From Ignavibacteria bacterium (GTDB lineage: Bacteria > Bacteroidota > Ignavibacteria > Tepidaquicellales > OLB5), in assembly GCA_019912545.1 (NCBI GenBank), contig JAIOIK010000147.1:7747-71746 (forward strand): a stretch of 64,000 nt of DNA, written 5' to 3'. Position 1 is the stretch's first letter; the number at the start of each line of letters is the position of its first letter. Both the position numbers and the translations under genes were made by a program. The notes under the pieces were generated by a model that made no database searches, was not told the DNA's origin, and saw only the letters and a list, made by a program, of their open reading frames with translations. This document shows, in pieces, positions 59,401 through 64,000 of this stretch.

Positions 59401-59460
59401 TTCTACTCGATAGAGACTGGTTCGTTCAGGGAGACGAAGAAGATGGTGTTAATTAAGTGA
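56434..59460 (+). CDS. 1008-aa T9SS cargo protein with right-handed beta-helix-like repeats and an alpha-helical segment
   Basis: Signal peptide. Repeated NCTFEN/NCTFNN/CDNNFDN turns. Helical region MQAYLKEMEADYADAIVKYKYV. Tail LYQNYPNPFNPVTSIKY...GMYFYSIETGSFRETKKMVLIK. Confidence 0.7.
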   Translation: MKTLFSLLTILFLSFSNYVYSDDEERHTNELEIANWSSSIIRVDVYPVGTVFNGDKLYKLRCKNPYSENYDYIIGGSNLNVPPEAKASLNHDASQGGTDINTGAIGYGKYRIDIYEKDGNNWNYVNYCFADFSHSNYPWQSHPYLQNDMAFEYNGEGEITCWGFHDLPSDRTVKIWDQRDLSGNPNAYENQVKSGFKTSNSENGIWLNFPLVATDYGGVNHITPGVDNLFIEVLNGHTANLNCSKSFSLASQTMLKIVGNSTNQGTKFYLGSTENNPNCGALFTASSGSLIWVGQNTEFIARTGTILTLNNQSSVRIDLNSRLWMKSGTKLCLNGSPRFYGQGYTNGGLFIQGIVSRLCGDPGINTPLFDDSIKVRLDTNSILELPDSTILTFSGNETALFCDSSSTIKFGKGSKLIFKDGARISADNTKFVSYDSTESWDGIYITGDSYDTLKNCTFENAENGVNIGSSGLRPGILTTTLITNCTFNNRTNTKFSNQVYVYGNNPTLISGCNTVSDLSEGFSNAILLEYCGAGYVVICDNNFDNISCGIAAIQSSPYIARNIIACPSGSGTGISLDNSNGTIEYNKIYNFEQSVYCLYSSPYMLKNTLSDASEMNLSLNSYSAPVLKPVTAGSITRWLGGNNLFTGAPNGSAFNFSEDCAPLMDSGYNVISVSEAYYISAELSGDFYATLNNWYDDPPDPDLFETSGGRIIYEPYFDGTSLPSTDYFELNSLGFDLYDSVYVKDLTETSTVDSYFMQAYLKEMEADYADAIVKYKYVVSDFKTTSYAPVSIARIFACLEKANSSNSAFQQIQSYYAGINSDTGNTTTVRELAEDFMIKSKVKQGMIEEAISDYNAIYQANTGNSTGVHALLNKACLEHILSFGDNMSSSTSGYAEHKGKLLSILLGKEIRNNHISINNTIPGNFKLYQNYPNPFNPVTSIKYDIPKDNFVNIRIYDLLGREVFSSGEFKKAGSYEVKFDGTNFASGMYFYSIETGSFRETKKMVLIK

Positions 59461-59531
59461 TCCCGCTAAGCAGAAACGCGGGACTGCAAAAATCGCAGAA
59501 AGGTAAAAAGGCAAAAGTAAAAAGTAATTTG

Positions 59532-59567
59532 AAAGCCTGTCTCATTTTTGGACAGGCTTTGTTTTGG
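59532..59567 (+). terminator. Rho-independent terminator after the 1008-aa gene
   Basis: 10-bp stem AAAGCCTGTC / GACAGGCTTT with a 9-nt loop, then GTTTTGG. Confidence 0.65.
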
Positions 59568-59628
59568 TGTCAGGCCTACACAAAGTGCCCTTTCTGGGAG
59601 GACCCGCCTATACGGGCAGGCCTGACAC
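59567..59628 (+). other. 62-nt GC-rich structured element: 11-bp closing stem with two inner mini-hairpins
   Basis: GTGTCAGGCCT (59567-77) pairs perfectly with AGGCCTGACAC (59618-28). Inner hairpins are CCC-TTTCT-GGG and CCCG-CCTATA-CGGG. Confidence 0.6.
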
Positions 59629-59636
59629 GACGGGGT

Positions 59637-59666
59637 AAAGTCTTTTAAGGCTTTTGTAGTCTTTTT
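59637..59666 (+). repeat. AAAGTCTTTTAAGGCTTTTGTAGTCTTTTT (repeat family 3, copy 2)
   Basis: About 28 of 31 positions match 54549-54579, in the same orientation. Confidence 0.7.
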
Positions 59667-59742
59667 GCTATGCAAAAAAAACTTCCGGGCATAAAAAAAG
59701 CGCTCACTTACACATGAACGCCTTTTTAATACTTTTATCTAC

Positions 59743-60444
59743 TTACCGTTTTCGTTTGAATGGGGCTTCGATCTTTATCCATCTTATCTTCCACCACTTT
59801 TCAAACCTGTTCTCTTCGCCGTACATAAGCCTTTTTATATTTGCGCGGTGGTTATAGATTAGAAAAACACAAACTGCCATACTGAAGTATATCAGCGTCT
59901 GGTAGCCGTCAATTTCAACTCCGAAAACGTTTTCCCTGATAAATAAAGTTGATGGAAATGCAAATGCCGCGCTTATTGAACCCAGCGAAACATACCCTGA
60001 AAAAACCAGGACTACAATAAAAATACCAATTGAAATTGTTGCATCAATTGGAGCTACGCTCAGGAGTAATCCGGCAGCTGTATTGATCCCTTTGCCGCCT
60101 TTGAAATTCGCGAATACTGTCCACACATGCCCGATTATTGCAGAAATACCTGCAATGATCTGTATTACCGTAAAATCTGCAAAAGGAGTGCGGTTTTCGA
60201 AAGGAAGCGAACCGTAAAACAATTTCGAGATCAGCAGTGTTGCAATGAATCCTTTGCCAATATCAACTAATTGTACCAGAAGCCCAATTTTCCAGCCGAG
60301 CACACGAAACGCGTTTGTGCTCCCAAGGTTCCTGCTGCCGTGCTTGCGGATATCTATGCGTTTGAACAGCTTACCAAATACCAACGCTGTGGGGAACGAA
60401 CCCACAAGGTAGCTTAAAAAAATTACTATAATTAATGATAACAT
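59743..60444 (-). CDS. plsY: Glycerol-3-phosphate acyltransferase
   Basis: GSFPTALVFGK, HGSRNLGSTNAFRVLG and KGGKG motifs. It has a ~30-aa basic C-terminal extension relative to typical PlsY length. Confidence 0.9.
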   Translation of the reverse strand: MLSLIIVIFLSYLVGSFPTALVFGKLFKRIDIRKHGSRNLGSTNAFRVLGWKIGLLVQLVDIGKGFIATLLISKLFYGSLPFENRTPFADFTVIQIIAGISAIIGHVWTVFANFKGGKGINTAAGLLLSVAPIDATISIGIFIVVLVFSGYVSLGSISAAFAFPSTLFIRENVFGVEIDGYQTLIYFSMAVCVFLIYNHRANIKRLMYGEENRFEKWWKIRWIKIEAPFKRKR

Positions 60445-60448
60445 ATAA

Positions 60449-60700
60449 TTAATTAAAACACTCTATTCTAATAATTTCAGGAATCTCATTCATTAAAGCT
60501 CTTTCAATTCCCGCTCTCAAAGTCATTGGCCTCAAAGGACAGGTATTACATGCCCCAAGCAATTTCAATTCTACAATTCCGCTGTCGCTGATCTTTACAA
60601 GCCTTACATCTCCGCCGTCTATCAAAAGGTATGGCCTTATTTTCTCTAAAACCGCATTTATCCTGTCTTCAATATCCGCGGCAATTTCTGTTACAAGCAT
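60449..60700 (-). CDS. NifU-like (Nfu C-terminal domain) Fe-S cluster protein
   Basis: IRPYLLIDGGDVRLV...GACNTCP motif (CxxC). Confidence 0.85.
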   Translation of the reverse strand: MLVTEIAADIEDRINAVLEKIRPYLLIDGGDVRLVKISDSGIVELKLLGACNTCPLRPMTLRAGIERALMNEIPEIIRIECFN

Positions 60701-60748
60701 AACTGGTGTAAAATAATAAAACTTTATTAAAAAAACATCAACGTAATG

Positions 60749-61585
60749 TCAGATTTCTATTACAGGCAATTTTGGCTGATTATGCTCTTTTTCTTTTACG
60801 TTTTCAGCCAGATTTTTTGCAATTTCATTAAATTGCTTTGATTCCGTGGAATCCGCATCCCTGAGTACAATAGGTTTGCCTTCGTCTCCTCCAAGGCGGA
60901 TATTAGTGTTTAAAGCGATCTCGCCAAGGAAATTTATTCCCAGTTCTTCAGCAAGCTTAGCGCCGCCGCCGGTGCCAAAAATATATTCTTTACTGCCATC
61001 AGGATTATTATAGTAACTCATATTCTCAATTATACCAAGTACAGGCACATTTACTTTTTCATACATCTTCGCGCCTTTGCGCGCATCAATAATTGATATT
61101 TCCTGCGGCGTGGTAACAATAACCGCTCCGCTTAGTGGTATTGATTGAGTCAGTGTTAACTGTATGTCTCCTGTTCCGGGGGGCATATCGTATAAAAGAA
61201 AATCAAGCTCATCCCACTCAACATCGCTCATAAACTGTTTAAGTGCGCTTGCAGCCATGGGACCGCGCCACACAACCGCTTCATTGTTATCCACAAGGAA
61301 ACCAATTGACATTAGCTTCAGTCCGTACTTAACCACTGGGAGCAGCCTGTTTTTTTCATCGATCTTAACCAGCTTTGGCTTCTCATCTCTTACGCCAAGC
61401 ATTGTTGGGATCGAAGGCCCGTAAATATCGGCATCAATCAGCCCTACTTTATACCCTTCTTTAACCAGGGCAATTGCAAGATTAACCGCTACTGTGGATT
61501 TTCCCACTCCGCCCTTGCCTGAGGATATGGCTATTGTACTCTTTACTCCGGGTAAAATACTGTTATTTATGTTTGAATTTTGCAT
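60749..61585 (-). CDS. Mrp/NBP35/ApbC-family Fe-S cluster carrier ATPase
   Basis: IAISSGKGGVGKST deviant Walker A, DADIYGPS, and DMPPGTGD with downstream MSY. Confidence 0.9.
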   Translation of the reverse strand: MQNSNINNSILPGVKSTIAISSGKGGVGKSTVAVNLAIALVKEGYKVGLIDADIYGPSIPTMLGVRDEKPKLVKIDEKNRLLPVVKYGLKLMSIGFLVDNNEAVVWRGPMAASALKQFMSDVEWDELDFLLYDMPPGTGDIQLTLTQSIPLSGAVIVTTPQEISIIDARKGAKMYEKVNVPVLGIIENMSYYNNPDGSKEYIFGTGGGAKLAEELGINFLGEIALNTNIRLGGDEGKPIVLRDADSTESKQFNEIAKNLAENVKEKEHNQPKLPVIEI

Positions 61586-61603
61586 TAATTACAAATATAG
61601 CAA

Positions 61604-61638
61604 TAAAAAAACCTCATTTATAGTAACAAAATGAGGTA
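61604..61638 (-). terminator. Rho-independent terminator (minus strand) after the 152-aa gene
   Basis: On the minus strand, ACCTCATTT / AAATGAGGT 9-bp stem followed by TTTTTTT. Confidence 0.6.
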
Positions 61639-61754
61639 TGAAAAAGTTGTGGATAAATAATAAGCTGGCTTTAAAAGCTTTAGCCACCTGCCTTATGCAG
61701 GCAGGCAAATTACACTAATTACGCGAATTTTCAAGAAATCCGTTCTATTAAGAA

Positions 61755-62213
61755 TTATTTGTCCTTGTCTTCGGATTTTGTATCATTGCAGATATAATCA
61801 TTCACTTTCCACCATGGATCGATGTAATCGCTTGAAGCCTCTGATATTCCTCTTGGCACAACATAATACTTGCCGTATTCTTCGGTGAATTTGAAAACAA
61901 GCAGGTGTGACCATGATTCACCGCTTATGGTTGCAACGCAAATATCTGCTCCTGAATATATGATCTCGAATGTAGTGGGGGAGTAATTGTTTATGCTGTA
62001 TTTGCTGATTTTTAAATTCTTTTTATCAAGCCATTCTTCTGAAATGTATTTGCGCAGTAATTTGGATTTATCAGGCGCATCGCCAACAAAAACGTTCAGT
62101 ATCTCGCTTGTAATTTGTTCCATCTTCTTTGTATTAAGGTCATCAGCTTTTATCGTATTACAAAAAACAAACATAAACATTAAAACAGGTATGATGTATT
62201 TCGTGAATTTCAT
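61755..62213 (-). CDS. Hypothetical secreted protein (152 aa)
   Basis: Signal peptide (IIPVLMFMFVFCNTIKA). No motif recognised. Confidence 0.45.
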   Translation of the reverse strand: MKFTKYIIPVLMFMFVFCNTIKADDLNTKKMEQITSEILNVFVGDAPDKSKLLRKYISEEWLDKKNLKISKYSINNYSPTTFEIIYSGADICVATISGESWSHLLVFKFTEEYGKYYVVPRGISEASSDYIDPWWKVNDYICNDTKSEDKDK

Positions 62214-62240
62214 TTCAAATCCTTTCTCTATTATTACTTG

Positions 62241-62984
62241 TTATGAATTTTTATCTGCAATTATATATTCCATTCTTCCAACCTGCTCTGCATTCAGGAG
62301 GCGGAGCTTATTTGTAAATAAAAGCCCGCATACTTCATCAGAGGTAATCCTTAGCTTGGGATATGAACTAACTTTCATTTCCCATTTCCCATCAATTTTC
62401 TCATGCAATATATCATATACTTCAGCCCTGTCTTCATGGTATTCCAGGAAACATGTTAATATTCTATCCTCACTGCTTTGAACGGGTATGAACCGTACTG
62501 CGCCTTCAAGCTCTTTAGTCAGATCCCTGAATGACAAAACCATTTTTCCCCCGGGCTGCAAAATATCATGGCAATGTTTTAACAAGTTCCTGAGATCACT
62601 CCTATCGGTTAAATGTGTTAAAGTATCCCCCATGCATACGATAAGTTCGGGTTTTAAATTCCCTGTCATATCAAAATCCATTATATCGCCTTCAATTACT
62701 TTTACTTTACCTTTTGAATTTTGTTTCAAAGCATCCAGTAATTGATTGCTAAAATCGATTGATGTCACGTTGAATCCGAGATTTGAAAGAGCGATTGACT
62801 GTATGCCATGCCCTGAGCCAAGATCTAATGCAATTTTATTGCCGCGCGGAGTTATCTGTTTTGAGGCAAAGTATTCTTCAAACGTTTTTACATTATCCTC
62901 AAAATCGCCGGTCATCCACGGGTAAATATAACCTAAATGACTATCGTAATGATGCTTCACTTTATTCATAAAATTGTGAATCAA
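62241..62984 (-). CDS. Class I SAM-dependent methyltransferase
   Basis: Motif I ALDLGSGHGIQS and a post-I acidic residue (SIDFS). 4-nt overlap with the upstream PPIase gene. Confidence 0.8.
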   Translation of the reverse strand: MIHNFMNKVKHHYDSHLGYIYPWMTGDFEDNVKTFEEYFASKQITPRGNKIALDLGSGHGIQSIALSNLGFNVTSIDFSNQLLDALKQNSKGKVKVIEGDIMDFDMTGNLKPELIVCMGDTLTHLTDRSDLRNLLKHCHDILQPGGKMVLSFRDLTKELEGAVRFIPVQSSEDRILTCFLEYHEDRAEVYDILHEKIDGKWEMKVSSYPKLRITSDEVCGLLFTNKLRLLNAEQVGRMEYIIADKNS

Positions 62985-63973
62985 TTTTCCGCTGAAAAGG
63001 TTACTGATTCTATAATATCGCCAATCTGGATCTTATCAACTGCATCGAATCCTTCAATGACATTGCCAAATAGTGTATATTTTGAATCTAAATGCGGCTG
63101 TGGAGAATGTGTAATAAAAAACTGGCTTCCTTCTGTATCTTTTCCGCTTGATGCCATTCCGACTGAATATGCATCAAACGGGAGGTGAGTGATCTCGCTG
63201 CGAATTGAATATGGAGGACCGCCGTACCCGGTGCCGGTTGGATCGCCGCCCTGAATAACGAAATTTGGTACAACCCTGTGGAAAATAGTGTTATTATAAA
63301 AGCCGCTTTCTGCAAGTTTAACGAAGTTCTGCACAGTGAATGGAGCAAAATTCGGCAGCAATTCAATCTTAATAATCCCGCGGCTGGTTTTTATTACTGC
63401 AATTTTTTTATCGCTGAGATTATCAATATAAGTCCAGTCAAAATCTGTTTTATATTTTGCTGCCGTAATTTCGGCGGTATGATCAATCCCTGTAATTGAT
63501 CTCATTGCATCCGCAGAAGCTTTCGCAATATCATAATCCATATGTTTCAGGTTCTTTTTCAGTAAATCGCCTGCGCCGCCGTACTTCATTACGTCCCAGG
63601 CCTGTATATATAATAACATAACATCCTTATCTTTAGGGTGCACAAAAGTGTTATAGTCAAACATCATGATCTGGCATGTTTCATCGCGGTATTGAAGGTA
63701 GATCGAATCCTGAAGCGCGCCCAGGCAAATATCGGTTATGGCGGCGTTTTTTGAAGCTGAGAATTCCGATAGTATAAGACGGATAATATTTTTGTTTTCG
63801 GCATCAAGCTTATCATCAAGCGAAGTCAAGGCTTCAACGAAAGCTTTATAGACTTTTGCAAGATCAGGCGAGCCTATCATGGAGCCATCCTTATTTGGGT
63901 GGATTGCATTATAGCGCATAATATCTGCACTGATAGAATCACGAAGCTCTTTATATACCATAGGCTGCTCCAT
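62981..63973 (-). CDS. Cyclophilin-type peptidyl-prolyl isomerase with N-terminal helical extension
   Basis: FHRVVPNFVIQGGDPTGTGYGGP and GMASSGKDTEGSQFFI blocks. The frame stays open upstream to the window edge, so the true 5-prime end may lie outside the window. Confidence 0.85.
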   Translation of the reverse strand: MEQPMVYKELRDSISADIMRYNAIHPNKDGSMIGSPDLAKVYKAFVEALTSLDDKLDAENKNIIRLILSEFSASKNAAITDICLGALQDSIYLQYRDETCQIMMFDYNTFVHPKDKDVMLLYIQAWDVMKYGGAGDLLKKNLKHMDYDIAKASADAMRSITGIDHTAEITAAKYKTDFDWTYIDNLSDKKIAVIKTSRGIIKIELLPNFAPFTVQNFVKLAESGFYNNTIFHRVVPNFVIQGGDPTGTGYGGPPYSIRSEITHLPFDAYSVGMASSGKDTEGSQFFITHSPQPHLDSKYTLFGNVIEGFDAVDKIQIGDIIESVTFSAEN

Positions 63974-64000
63974 AAATCCGAATGAACTTACAATTGCTGA

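Noticed and set aside
54904-59460. Claiming horizontal acquisition of the cargo block from base composition
   Set aside because: My hand counts on a handful of 60-nt lines overlap between the block and its neighbours. I cannot compute windows reliably here, so this remains a suggestion to test rather than a claim.
59457-59675. Two overlapping 63-69 aa ORFs on opposite strands after the 1008-aa gene
   Set aside because: They lie entirely within a terminator- and hairpin-rich intergenic region. Their composition is driven by GC-rich stems and they have no start context.

Overview
This 64-kb window looks like a chromosomal segment from an AT-rich bacterium of the Fibrobacteres-Chlorobi-Bacteroidetes type. 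It is probably Ignavibacteria-like. That is an inference from five secreted proteins ending in the NYPNPFNPST-type T9SS sorting tail, frequent TTG/GTG starts and weak Shine-Dalgarno signals.

I support about 50 CDS. Most of 15-52 kb and 59.7-64 kb is dense housekeeping: pdxJ, cobB, lptB, kup, xerD, CCA-adding enzyme, fbaB, ligA, kdsA, nadC, gpsA, plsY, NifU-like and Mrp/ApbC. I recognised no rRNA, tRNA, CRISPR array, transposase or prophage genes.

Two regions look accessory or cell-envelope related:
- 0.4-15 kb holds three tandem BNR/Asp-box T9SS cargo paralogs. They are followed by a terminator-bounded three-gene operon: a plug-containing TonB-type barrel, a 1099-aa protein with a degenerate T9SS-like tail, and a PorV/FadL-like barrel. 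A GWxTD-domain protein comes next.
- 52.4-59.7 kb holds an all-alpha orphan, a small secreted protein and two large T9SS cargo proteins, bracketed by hairpin-dense intergenic DNA.

The strongest non-genic signals are:
- a nearly T-free 93-bp x ~4 tandem repeat at 37669-38030, with an internal 8-nt C[A/T]CAAAG[G/A] sub-period;
- three families of short GC-rich dispersed hairpin or palindrome repeats confined to intergenic DNA.

All functional calls come from reading motifs in the supplied translations. No database search was run.
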